From: Acidobacteriota bacterium
GTDB lineage: Bacteria > Acidobacteriota > Thermoanaerobaculia > Multivoradales > Multivoraceae
Direction of reading: 5' to 3'
Length of the DNA stretch: 64,000 nt
NCBI GenBank assembly: GCA_029263415.1
Contig: JAJCXN010000048.1
Location: 75,169 to 139,168 of the forward strand
Notes under the pieces: generated by a model
Database searches by the model: none
What the model was told of the DNA's origin: nothing
Seen by the model: the letters and a program-made list of their open reading frames with translations, nothing else
Position numbers and translations under genes: made by a program
Shown: positions 1-9,256 of the stretch, piece after piece
Layout: every line of letters starts with the position of its first letter
Numbering within the stretch: position 1 is the first letter of the stretch

Positions 1-2114
1 AAGCGAACACCTCGCGGCGCTGGCGCAGACAGTGGACAAGACACACCGAAGGTTCGCTTCTGCGACACTTCGCGCTGCTACTAGCGGCAACAGTGCTATT
101 AGCGGTGGCGGCAGCGGGACCGTACTCGATCGGCAGTGTGACGGCTCAGCTTGAAGACCGCTCGATCGTGCTGTTGATCGATGCGTCGCTGAGCATGGCG
201 GCGAAGGATGTACCTCGGAGGGTGGTGGCTGATACTCAGCGACAGGCGGGCATGGATGTCGCCCACGAAGCGGCAACTGCTGACGGCGACACCGAAGACG
301 AATACATCTCGCGCCTGGACGCCGCCAAAGAGACTGCGCTGGCGCTGCTGCACGCCGAGCCCAAAGCACGCTTCGCCCTGGTGACCTTCAGCGGCGCGGC
401 GGTGATCCACAGTCCACCTACTTACGATCACCTCGGACTTGCCTCGCTGCTTCGCACACTGCGCCTGCACATCGACGTACCGACATCAGGCACGCGGTTC
501 AGCACTGCATTCGAGGCGGCGGCTCGGCTGGTGGCCTCACGCGAGGAGTCGGTGGAAGTGGTGCTGTTGAGCGATGGCGAACTGCCGGAGGTCGACGCAG
601 TGGACGAGGGTCTGCGTCTGCTTGAGCTGCGCGGCACGTTGGTCCATGCGATTGGTATCGGCGGGACTGACCCGGTGAACCTTCAGGCCTATCGCCTCGA
701 CGACATGCTGTGGAACGAGGATGAGAACCGTATTGCTACGTCGTTTCAAACCAGCCGCGTCGACGCAGAACTGCAGCGCATTGCCCAGCGCACCCGAGCG
801 GCATTCGTGGTACCTCAAGAGGGCGACGAGCTCGCACCGCTGCTCACAGCGCTCGAGAGCAACGTGCGAGCACGCGGACCGCAGATGCAAGGCGAGCGGG
901 ATTTGGCCTGGATACCGTTGCTGTTGTTCGCACTTCTCTTTCTACATGAGACGCTGTGGCTGGCGAAACTCGGCAAGACGCGGTGGATCGACGGTGTGCG
1001 TGAAGGCTCCGGGCCGCCAGGAGCTTCTGGGTGGCCGCTCGAGGCCGGTAACGGTTCTTTGACTACTGGGCCTCGAATTGGCGTCGGTGCCAGAGGGGGC
1101 ACGAGGCGCGGCGGCGGGAAAGCAGCGCTCGCGTTCGCACCGTTCCTGCTACTTGCCGAGTGCCCCGAACCCCTCGGCACCTCGTTCCGAGTGATCGGCG
1201 CAACCAGCCTCAACGAGGTCGGTCGCGAGTACGCCAAAGAAGAAGAATGGGTGGCAGCTCAGCTCGCGCTCCGTCACGCGGCAACGCTGGGTTGGCGGCA
1301 AGAAGTAAGCCGCACGAATCTGGCAACGGTACAGCTGAACGCGACACCTGATACCGAGCCACCATGGAAAACCGAAGAACCAACTCTAGACCCGCGAGTG
1401 GGCGCGAGGGTGGCGCACGAAACCTTCGAGCGGGTGTTGGAAGTGCATCCTCGGTATCGCCCCGCACAACACGGTGATGGCGTGGCCCTCTACCGCTGGG
1501 GCACGGAAGAACTCGATGTCGAAGCGTGCGAGAGAGAACGCACGCGTGTGCTCTGGGAGCAGGCGACGGATCGCTTCAAGGACGCCGGTCGATTGGCGCT
1601 CTGGTTCACCAAAGGGCGGCAAGTGGCGCTCTTGGCCCGCGGCAACGAAGCCGCAATGTTCGATCGGCTGGCGGAGCTCGACGCAATCGACAAGCGGTGC
1701 GAAGCGCCACCACCGCCAGAACCGGCGCAGCAACCACCGCTCGAACCTCCTCCGCCGGAAGACTCGGAAAGCCAGCCAGAGCCGGGAGACAGCGACGTAG
1801 ATGAGGGCGGAGAAGGCGGCGCGAACGGCGAGAGCGGCGAGAGCGGCGAGAGCGGCGAGAGCGGCGAGAGCGGCGAGAGCGGCGAGAGCGGCGAGAGCGG
1901 CGAGAGAAAATCTGACGACCAGCGGCAAGGGGGTGGCGGCGGGGGTGGAGGCGCTGAGGGAGGCCTTAGCGACGAGGAGAAGGAACAAGTCGCCGCAGCC
2001 TTGGAGCGGGTTCTCGGGGAGTCGCAACAGGCGCGGGGCTATCACCAACTGGGGCGATCGCAGCTGAACCCGGACAATGCGCGGGCGGGTCAAGGTCAGG
2101 TGCGGAAGTGGTGA
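1..2114 (+). CDS. von Willebrand factor A (vWA) domain protein, BatB-like; 5' end lies outside the window
   Basis: Track ORF 93..2114 has no in-frame stop back to base 1 (codons start at 3), so the N-terminus is upstream. MIDAS-like motif IVLLIDASLSM near the visible N-terminus. One TM helix (WIPLLLFALLFLHETLWL). C-terminal acidic low-complexity tail with (GES)x9 followed by poly-Gly. Confidence 0.75.
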   Translation, partial: ANTSRRWRRQWTRHTEGSLLRHFALLLAATVLLAVAAAGPYSIGSVTAQLEDRSIVLLIDASLSMAAKDVPRRVVADTQRQAGMDVAHEAATADGDTEDEYISRLDAAKETALALLHAEPKARFALVTFSGAAVIHSPPTYDHLGLASLLRTLRLHIDVPTSGTRFSTAFEAAARLVASREESVEVVLLSDGELPEVDAVDEGLRLLELRGTLVHAIGIGGTDPVNLQAYRLDDMLWNEDENRIATSFQTSRVDAELQRIAQRTRAAFVVPQEGDELAPLLTALESNVRARGPQMQGERDLAWIPLLLFALLFLHETLWLAKLGKTRWIDGVREGSGPPGASGWPLEAGNGSLTTGPRIGVGARGGTRRGGGKAALAFAPFLLLAECPEPLGTSFRVIGATSLNEVGREYAKEEEWVAAQLALRHAATLGWRQEVSRTNLATVQLNATPDTEPPWKTEEPTLDPRVGARVAHETFERVLEVHPRYRPAQHGDGVALYRWGTEELDVEACERERTRVLWEQATDRFKDAGRLALWFTKGRQVALLARGNEAAMFDRLAELDAIDKRCEAPPPPEPAQQPPLEPPPPEDSESQPEPGDSDVDEGGEGGANGESGESGESGESGESGESGESGESGERKSDDQRQGGGGGGGGAEGGLSDEEKEQVAAALERVLGESQQARGYHQLGRSQLNPDNARAGQGQVRKW
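1827..1908. repeat. 9-bp tandem repeat (ggcgagagc)x9 inside the vWA gene, encoding (Gly-Glu-Ser)9
   Basis: Perfect 9-nt tandem copies visible in the sequence at 1827-1908. It translates as GESGESGES... in the + frame and as AALAALAAL in the antisense artefact ORF 1386..2150. Confidence 0.8.
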
Positions 2115-2224
2115 GCGCACCCTGTGCGGCGCTGGAGCTTCGAGAGCCACCTTGACCAGGGGGCTCTCAGTTCTTCATCACACCAGCCCCAGTCCGGTGA
2201 GCGATTGTTTGCTCATTCGCAAAG

Positions 2225-3184
2225 CTAGTCCACGACTAGCTCCACAGCACAGGCCGGGTCGATGACGTAGGCACTCGAATCACCAGAAGTTAGGCTGACC
2301 GTGTAAGACCCTGCGGCGGTATAGCTCCGGTTTCTGAGGTTGTGCCACCAGTAGCCATCAGCATCGAACCGAAACTGATTGCCGTGGGAGGCTCGGCCGG
2401 GCGCCAAGGCTTGGCTGGTCACATCGATAGGTTGGTCCCCTGAGCCGTCGTTGTAGGTCACCTGGAGGACTGGCCGGGCGACGAGGGTGGTGTCGGTCAA
2501 GTCCGTGCCGGAGTCATCCTGAAGGATGACTCTCAAAGGCAGGGATCGGCGGTGGCGCACAACAACCGGTCCGGTAGCTGCAGGCGGGCCGAATCCGTTG
2601 CAAGTGACCTGCGTTGGACGCTCGCCAGCAAAGCCAACGTTGTCTACGGTGAAACCGTCATTGCACTCAATCTCGACCAAGGCGATCTCTGCCGCAAAGA
2701 GCGCATGGAAGGCGACGCCGGTAAGACTGGTCTGCGTTTCGATCAAGGTGCCACTAGCATCGTAGGCGCGCACTTCAACCTGCTCAACCCCTTGACCTGC
2801 CCCATCTCCTGGCTGGCCTTGATGAACCTCGAAGCTGACCTCGTCCGGCAAGTAGGGCAACTCGAATTCCAGCGAGAGCACTCCGTTTCTGTTTGCCTGT
2901 GAAGGGTCGACGATGAAGGCACCGAAGCGATCGGCGCAATCGGTGGCGGAGCCGTTCGAAGTCACGCCCCTGCCGTCAGCAGGGGCGACGATGTCTCGAC
3001 AGTCGTTGGTCGGATTCCCCGGGCCTTGAGGGGAGCCGAAGATTTCGACTCCGTCAAAGCTACCGTTGTTGGGGCCGAGCGGGGCCGACTCAAAATCGAT
3101 CACCTTTTGAAACCGTTCGGCCGTTGCAATTGAGGTCTGTAGGACGACAATGAGAAGCATCGAGGCGGGTCTTGTTACAAGCAT
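2225..3184 (-). CDS. secreted hypothetical protein
   Basis: Track ORF 2225..3370. I chose the start at MLVTRPASMLLIVVLQTSIATA (a signal peptide) with AAGGA about 10 nt upstream. The N-terminal 62 codons of the track ORF lack a signal. No recognisable catalytic motif. Confidence 0.55.
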   Translation of the reverse strand: MLVTRPASMLLIVVLQTSIATAERFQKVIDFESAPLGPNNGSFDGVEIFGSPQGPGNPTNDCRDIVAPADGRGVTSNGSATDCADRFGAFIVDPSQANRNGVLSLEFELPYLPDEVSFEVHQGQPGDGAGQGVEQVEVRAYDASGTLIETQTSLTGVAFHALFAAEIALVEIECNDGFTVDNVGFAGERPTQVTCNGFGPPAATGPVVVRHRRSLPLRVILQDDSGTDLTDTTLVARPVLQVTYNDGSGDQPIDVTSQALAPGRASHGNQFRFDADGYWWHNLRNRSYTAAGSYTVSLTSGDSSAYVIDPACAVELVVD

Positions 3185-3483
3185 TGAACGTGCATCCTTC
3201 TTCTGTAGAAGAGTTGGCCAGAAATCAAGTTTTCGGGCGTGTTTGGCTTTGTCTCGCCCGCCTTCCAGCGGGGTCCGAGAGGAGACATTGACGAAGGCCT
3301 GTGCCTTGTCGAAGGGGTTGATAGCACTGGCCCGGGAGCCCTCGCAACGAGAATGGTGGGAGATGATCATCGCTGATCATTTCTGTACCTAGGGCCCGCT
3401 GTGACCCATGGGCGAACCTGGAATTTTCAATCCCGTCACGGCCGATTCTCTGGGCGTCGAGCAGGGGCTCCCTACTCACTCAA

Positions 3484-5547
3484 CTACCGGAACTGCGAGT
3501 TCTCAAGTCTCTGGCTGCGCACATCGATCAGTTCAAGGTGCGATCGAACAACTGGATTGAAACGGGACTCTCGTTGGGCGGCTGCTAGCGCCTCAAGAGC
3601 GACCAGCCGCGCCTTCCCGGACTCACCGGTTCGCGCCAACAACTCGGCCTCGAGCGACCGGAGCATAGGCCGAGCCTCGGAATTGGAGCCTTGTTCCTGT
3701 CGCACCATCTCCAGAAGGTCCGTCGCCAAGATCAGTCCGTTGGCTTGCAGCAGCTCCAAGCCCCAGTACCTAATGTAGTCGGGACCACCGCTTGCCAGTT
3801 GGCGCGCGACTTCGTCGCTTTGATTGATGCCCGCTCGCCAAAGCACGTACGCCCTCAGTGCGACTTCGTATTGACCTATGCCAATCTGCCGGCTGGCCGA
3901 TGCGATATCGCTTAGAGCCTGGTCGAAATGGCCGAGATCGACGCGCGTCAGCGCCAACCCGCGGAGCAATTCCCAAGCGGGCCGGCTCTTGGTGCTTTCC
4001 GTGCTGTCGCTCATGAGGCCGCGTTGGTACCAGGTGGCCGCTTCTTCGAAGTTGCCGGCAACGTGAAAAGCGGCAGCGATCTCGAAGGCGTGTCGGTACT
4101 TTCCGAGATTGTCGCTTCTAATTGCGGCAGCGTGTTCTCGTGCTTCGGAGGTTCTGCCGGCTAAGGCCAACATCCGCACTTCTAAGTGCCTCAACCAATC
4201 CAGAAGATTCGGAAAGCCCGCTGCAACAACCAGCTCGATTGCCTGCTGGATCGGTGCCACGCAGAGAGCGAAGGCTCCCCGTTCGGCGTAGCGATTCGCG
4301 TCGCGTGCCAACTCATAGGCGCTGTTCCTAGCCGCGAGCCTTTGTTCTCGCGGGAGATCGGACGCCTGTGACATGTCGAGTCCATCGAAGTCGATGACCT
4401 TGCCAGTATCGTTTCCAGCGATGATGGTGATGGTCCGCGCTTGCTCGTCTATCGACAGGCACCGCCCGCCCGCTCGGCAACCGATCGGCTGACCAAGGGC
4501 ATACCAGGCAAGACCACCGGATGCGGCAGGGCCGAAGTCGTAGTTGGGCGAACCGGCTCCTCCAGCAGACAGACCCAGCTCATGCAAGCGAGGCTTGAGC
4601 CAAGTGGCAGCGAGTCCTGACCGCCAACCCATCAGATTGTTCTGGCCCTCGAACAGCAGCAAGTCTGGACTGCCATCCCGGTCCAGATCAAGAGAGCCGA
4701 CGAAATCGTGGTGCCCGGTGGATGCGTAGAGCATGCTGACTCGGTTGCGAAGGGGCTCGTAGAGAACCGAATAGGCGGGCCAGTTGGGAGTGTGCCGAAA
4801 CGTCGCGAGCAGCTCGTGCACTCCATCAGTGTCGAAGTCGATGGCCTGGAGCCGGCCCGTATACTGGTTGGAATAGCTGCGGAAGAGTTTGTCGGCTTCG
4901 AATAGCAGCCTGGCTGGCTGCATTGGCGCGCCTGTGTTTGGCTCGAAGAAGACTAGTTCAGGCGTCGCAACGTGGCTTCTAGCCGACGTGAGTAGCCCGA
5001 CCGCCGCTAACTTCCCCTTGGAGGTGATGGTTGCCAACACCATTCTCTCCGGATCGAGTTCATGATCGCTCCAGAGCCACGGTCGATCCCTCGACACGGA
5101 GATTGAACCGTCTGCAGATTGCTTGGAATTCGAGGACCCATCTTCTGTGCTGTCGGTTCTGAGTGCGATGACGCCAATGGCAGTGACCAGGACGATCGCA
5201 GACAACGCGACGAGTAACTTCCACCGGGTTAGTGCCCTAGACCAGCCAGAGTGAAGCGCCTCTGGTTTCGATGGGAGCTGGAGCTTAGAGCTGTGAGGGC
5301 AGTCGGACTTTGAACTCGGAGCAAGTATTGAGGATCGACCTTCGTCTTGGGCCTGCATCCAGGCGTCCAGTTCGTCAGGCCAAGCGTAGTACCTCGGTTT
5401 GATCTTCGAGCCGATGGTGTGAAGCGGCAGCCCTCCCTCACGGAGGTACTTCTTGACTGTGGTTCTTGAGTCCCACCCGCAGTAGCGAGCGATCTGCTTC
5501 AACCCCTCGATCCGAGCACGACTGTTCAATTCAGGAGGGCTCATCAC
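3484..5547 (-). CDS. membrane-anchored HTH regulator (excisionase/MerR-like HTH) with FG-GAP β-propeller repeats and C-terminal TPR repeats
   Basis: N-terminus IARYCGWDSRTTVKKYLREGGLPLHTIGSKIKPRYYAWPDELDAWM resembles AlpA/excisionase-type HTH. Single TM helix (LLVALSAIVLVTAIGVIAL). FG-GAP-like repeats (FDTDGVHELLATF, DLDRDGSPDLLLFEG). C-terminal 300 aa are TPR-like (AxxYxxxGxxxEA periodicity). Confidence 0.65.
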   Translation of the reverse strand: MMSPPELNSRARIEGLKQIARYCGWDSRTTVKKYLREGGLPLHTIGSKIKPRYYAWPDELDAWMQAQDEGRSSILAPSSKSDCPHSSKLQLPSKPEALHSGWSRALTRWKLLVALSAIVLVTAIGVIALRTDSTEDGSSNSKQSADGSISVSRDRPWLWSDHELDPERMVLATITSKGKLAAVGLLTSARSHVATPELVFFEPNTGAPMQPARLLFEADKLFRSYSNQYTGRLQAIDFDTDGVHELLATFRHTPNWPAYSVLYEPLRNRVSMLYASTGHHDFVGSLDLDRDGSPDLLLFEGQNNLMGWRSGLAATWLKPRLHELGLSAGGAGSPNYDFGPAASGGLAWYALGQPIGCRAGGRCLSIDEQARTITIIAGNDTGKVIDFDGLDMSQASDLPREQRLAARNSAYELARDANRYAERGAFALCVAPIQQAIELVVAAGFPNLLDWLRHLEVRMLALAGRTSEAREHAAAIRSDNLGKYRHAFEIAAAFHVAGNFEEAATWYQRGLMSDSTESTKSRPAWELLRGLALTRVDLGHFDQALSDIASASRQIGIGQYEVALRAYVLWRAGINQSDEVARQLASGGPDYIRYWGLELLQANGLILATDLLEMVRQEQGSNSEARPMLRSLEAELLARTGESGKARLVALEALAAAQRESRFNPVVRSHLELIDVRSQRLENSQFR

Positions 5548-6046
5548 CGTGGTCTAGCCCAGCAGCGCTCTGATCTGTGAGGGTGCCGACGCTTTCGAAA
5601 GCGGCAGGAAACTCCTCTTGTGGAGGCCGCGCGAACACCCCGCCAAGCTAACGCCAGGGGGCCTGTTTTCAGACTCGCTGCTCCTGCCAAATGATTCTGT
5701 TCCCTGTGCACACGCTTTCCAGTCAGCTACGCCGCGAGTTCTTTGCAGATGCCTCAAACCGCCGACGGCAGCAGACTGCAGGAATCCCTCAAATGAAACC
5801 TATCGTAGAGTAAATCGCGCATTTTAGAGAGTGTTCGAATCGACGGAATCTCTCCGATTCGAGCCCCCCACCTGCCTCATCTGGCCGTGGTGCGTCAATC
5901 AGCGTCGCCGGCAAGCTGCTGCGGAGTTATCCGCCGGCTACTACTCCGACTGCATCTAGTACCACGACAAACCTCGACCCTCAGCGGCGCAAGTTCGCAC
6001 CACACTCAGCTGTCGAAGGCGCCGTCCCCTTATTCCTTCTCGACTG

Positions 6047-6919
6047 CTATTCCGCCAGACTCGCTTTCAGGAACCGCGCCAGCTTCCAGTGCAGCGACAA
6101 ACCGCCCTGACGGTGTACGTCCAGGTGACCTGCCCGAGGCACGCTGGCCCACTGCTTAGGTTCGGCGGCCGCCTGGTACAAGGCGTCCCCCATCGCGTAC
6201 GGAATAGTTCCGTCTTCGCTGCCGTGAATGAAGAACTTCGGCACGGTGATCTTCGGCACCTTGTCGATAGAACGAAACTTGGTACTGGCGAGCCAATGCA
6301 TTGGAACCGTGCGGAAGCGTTCCCGAGCGACGTCTCTGGTATTGGTGAAGGTCGCCTGCACCACGAGTGCCGCCACTTCGCAGTCGAGCGCCGCGTCGAT
6401 CGCCACGGCTCCGCCGAGCGAGTGGCCGTACAGCACGATCCGTGTCGGCGGCTCGCCGCGCTCCTCGGTCAAGTATCGATACGCCGCTCTGACGTCTGCA
6501 AACAATCCGCGTTCGCTCGGCGTGCCTGAACTGCGTCCATAACCACGGTAGTCAAGGGCAAAGACATTCAGCTTGAATCGGCGCAGTGCCTGGTAGGCGC
6601 CGATCTGGCTTGACAGGTTGCCTGCGTTGCCATGGCAGTAGAGCAAGGTCCCCTTCGCGCGCGGGTGCTGAATCCACCAACCATGAAGGCGCACTCCGTC
6701 GGTCGATTCGAACCAGACATCCTCAGCCTGGAGTCCGAACGGTGCCGGATCCCAGATGCCGTTGGGGTAGACCTCGGGCAGAAACATCTGCGAATGCTCG
6801 AACCGATTGCGTAGTTGACCAAGGGCGCCGACCGCGCCGGCGGTCAGGAGGCCCGGCATCGCTCGGCGCACGAGCGAAGGGGTCGGTTTTTCTTGTGTGC
6901 TTGTAGTTTCGTTACTCAT
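6047..6919 (-). CDS. alpha/beta-fold hydrolase (putative esterase or thioesterase)
   Basis: GHSLGG nucleophile elbow, HGNAGN oxyanion region, and a C-terminal His within GHLDVH. Start chosen at MSNETTST; the track start at 6961 is TTG. Confidence 0.8.
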   Translation of the reverse strand: MSNETTSTQEKPTPSLVRRAMPGLLTAGAVGALGQLRNRFEHSQMFLPEVYPNGIWDPAPFGLQAEDVWFESTDGVRLHGWWIQHPRAKGTLLYCHGNAGNLSSQIGAYQALRRFKLNVFALDYRGYGRSSGTPSERGLFADVRAAYRYLTEERGEPPTRIVLYGHSLGGAVAIDAALDCEVAALVVQATFTNTRDVARERFRTVPMHWLASTKFRSIDKVPKITVPKFFIHGSEDGTIPYAMGDALYQAAAEPKQWASVPRAGHLDVHRQGGLSLHWKLARFLKASLAE

Positions 6920-7496
6920 GGTTCCACCGGGGCCTGTGAGGCCGACGATCTCAGAGTTCAAGACAACAGCTTTTGCAGCGATTTTGTTTCGAAGAAGAGA
7001 GTATTTTGCGACGACTTACCTTTGCCAGAATCCCTGTCCTCTTTGCCTCACTCTCTTCTGAGAGTGCCCGCAATCTGCTACTCGACGCGTAGAACTCTCC
7101 GGCCCTCTGCCTACTCGAGCCTCTCAGCCCACTGGACAATCACCGGCCGGCGGGAAGCCCGACTTCAGTACCGAGTGCTCCCCTTGCCTTCGAGTTCCGC
7201 CGATTGCCTTCAGTTCCGCTGATGAAGGAGGAGTCCGAGCGCGTCCGCGTATCCCGCCATACCCACTAGGAGGCGACTTTCCCGGGGGCCGTTTGGCCCC
7301 AATTGGGACCATTGACGCATGCATCTAGGGAAGGGGGGCACTGGGGTGTTCCCACACGTGACCTTTCGGGATCTATGCACAGGGTTCCTGTGCCTATCAA
7401 AGCGGGCCACAAGTACCACGCTTTCTTCAGCCGCTCAGCCGGTCGACCACGAGTGGTTCGGTCGGTCTTTGGAAATCAAAACGAGGAATACTCCTG

Positions 7497-7886
7497 ATGA
7501 ATCACCCTTGGCATGGGAAATCGCCGACTTCTTCGGCTCGACCCAAACGCAGTCGGTGGGCTGCCGGTCGCTTCCAGTGGTTGGTCTCGATCGCTGTTGC
7601 TTGTCTGCTCTTCAGCGCGGGAGGCCTTCTCAGCGAGACAGTTGGAGAGGACTTTTCTGCGCGTGCACGAGCGCTAAGGCCAGGTGAAGGCCGCTCTGCT
7701 TCAGGGTCTTTTGTCCTGGATCAGCGGAGGTCATCGGCCGCTAGCTCTTCACAGGGCGATGCATTTGTGCTCAACAGGGTGTCTTCGATGGACCCTGAGG
7801 AGCAGCCAGCCGAATCCGACTGTCTGTGTTCCGCTTCACTCTTTCAAGACGGCTTTGAATCAGGAGATATCAGCTCATGGAATTGA
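7497..7886 (+). CDS. small secreted or membrane-anchored protein ending in the C-terminal FESGDISSW motif
   Basis: GAGGA 9 nt upstream of ATG. N-terminal basic region plus hydrophobic helix FQWLVSIAVACLLFSAGGLL. Ser-rich low-complexity middle. The last residues DGFESGDISSWN match the C-terminus of the 45857..47215 protein. Confidence 0.45.
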   Translation: MNHPWHGKSPTSSARPKRSRWAAGRFQWLVSIAVACLLFSAGGLLSETVGEDFSARARALRPGEGRSASGSFVLDQRRSSAASSSQGDAFVLNRVSSMDPEEQPAESDCLCSASLFQDGFESGDISSWN

Positions 7887-9175
7887 TGAACGGCTCAAGA
7901 ACACGTGGCAGGTGCAGCGGACCCGTACTGTTGACCGTATTGTTGGCGGCAGTGATGGTCGCGTGCGGTGCGATGGCTAGTGAGTTCGAAATAGGAACAG
8001 AGTTTACGTATCAGGGCGATCTGCAGTTTGGAGGTGCTCCCGCAGAGGGCTCCTACGACTTCGAGTTTCATCTCTACGATCAAGCCGAGGGCGGCACCTA
8101 TCTTGGTCTCGTCGCTCGTGACCAACTGCCCGTGGTCGGGGGTTCGTTCGCAACAAGGCTCGACTATGGCGTAGACATGTTCTCTCGAAGCGAGGGGTGG
8201 GTGGAGATCCACGTGCGCTCGGTCGGAGTTGGCAACTACACTGAACTTTCGCCACGTCAACGGGTCTCAGGTTCGAGGGGCTCTGCTTGCACAGTCAACG
8301 GAGATCTAGTGGTCGAGGGCAACCTTGGGGTTCAGAGACCGTTACCCAACACCCCGCTCCACGTCGCCGGCGGATCGGACGCCTCCCCAGGTGGTGGCGG
8401 CGTGGTGATGATCGGCGAACCGAACACCCAGAACATTGTCATGGACACCAACGAGATCATGGCCCGCAACAATCTTCAGGCTTCAACGCTCTATCTGAAT
8501 CACGATGGTGGCGACATCAGTTTGGGTGGCTTTCTGGGCGCCGGTGGGGTTACGGTGCCAACCGCACCAATTGACACAGTGGACCAAGAAGCGACTGTGA
8601 ATGGAGGTGGGGCGATCCGAATCCGGGGTGGGCTGCAAAGCCTGCTCATTGATCGAGACGAGATCCAGGTCGGAGGGCTGGGCGCCCCAGGTGTCCTAAA
8701 ACTCAACGAACAAGGAGGCAATGTCGGCATTGCTTCGACCGCTCCGGCGGCACCCTTGCATGTCGGGGTGGGAGGCCCTGACGCGTCGCCAAGCGGCGGT
8801 GGGGTTCTGGTGTTAGGCCCCATCAGCGGCGGCAACCTGGCCTTTGACAACAACGAGATCATGGCCCGTGCCGACGGTGCGCCGAGTGCCCTTTACTTAA
8901 ACCGCGAAGGCGGCAATGTGCACGTCGGCGGTGACCTCCACATCGGCTTGGAGATCGTCAAGAAGAGTGCGTCCGAAATCGTCTATGTGAGCGTCGCCTG
9001 TTCTGCGGGCAAGCAGATACTGGGCGGTGGTTGTTTTAACAACCAGGATTCGAACCTGGAATACTCCTACCCGGCAGGTAACGGTTGGAGCTGCGGTTTC
9101 GAAGATGAGGTACACACGATCACGGTCTGGGCTATCTGCGCCGATGTAGGAGCAGCCCAGTTGATCAACTTGTAA
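7877..9175 (+). CDS. secreted repeat protein with tail-fibre-like repeats (…APLHV-G…GGG-V…NEIMAR…) and a Cys-containing C-terminal knob
   Basis: Signal peptide VLLTVLLAAVMVACGAMA. Two long internal repeats (PLHVAGGSDASPGGGGVVMIGEP…DTNEIMARNN and APLHVGVGGPDASPSGGGVLVLGP…DNNEIMARAD). C-terminal 70 aa contain 4 Cys. Overlaps the preceding ORF by 10 nt. Confidence 0.6.
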   Translation: MELMNGSRTRGRCSGPVLLTVLLAAVMVACGAMASEFEIGTEFTYQGDLQFGGAPAEGSYDFEFHLYDQAEGGTYLGLVARDQLPVVGGSFATRLDYGVDMFSRSEGWVEIHVRSVGVGNYTELSPRQRVSGSRGSACTVNGDLVVEGNLGVQRPLPNTPLHVAGGSDASPGGGGVVMIGEPNTQNIVMDTNEIMARNNLQASTLYLNHDGGDISLGGFLGAGGVTVPTAPIDTVDQEATVNGGGAIRIRGGLQSLLIDRDEIQVGGLGAPGVLKLNEQGGNVGIASTAPAAPLHVGVGGPDASPSGGGVLVLGPISGGNLAFDNNEIMARADGAPSALYLNREGGNVHVGGDLHIGLEIVKKSASEIVYVSVACSAGKQILGGGCFNNQDSNLEYSYPAGNGWSCGFEDEVHTITVWAICADVGAAQLINL

Positions 9176-9256
9176 CCCTAGACTCTCTTTGACCGGCAAA
9201 CTTGAGCCAGCCAGTGCAAGTGCGTTTTCCAAGTCCGGCCGCAGACAGGCCTTAAG

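Noticed and set aside
1386-2150. 254-aa minus-strand ORF with AALAALAAL repeats
   Set aside because: Antisense reading of the (GES)9 repeat inside the well-supported vWA gene; no motifs.
5832-5870. GTTCGAATC (tRNA T-loop-like) sequence
   Set aside because: No acceptor or anticodon arms can be built around it. It is part of an 8-bp inverted repeat TCGAATCG…CGATTCGA in the promoter region of the HTH regulator gene.
7000-7500. Sigma-54 promoter (TGGCAC-N5-TTGCW) near the FHA/sigma-54 regulator and the tail-fibre-like gene
   Set aside because: Only off-spacing partial matches (for example TTGGCATGGGAAATCGCC at about 7520 inside a CDS); nothing convincing by eye. Needs a genome-wide scan.
7877-9175. 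Prophage
   Set aside because: Only a tail-fibre-like repeat protein is present. There is no integrase, terminase, capsid or tRNA attachment site in the window.
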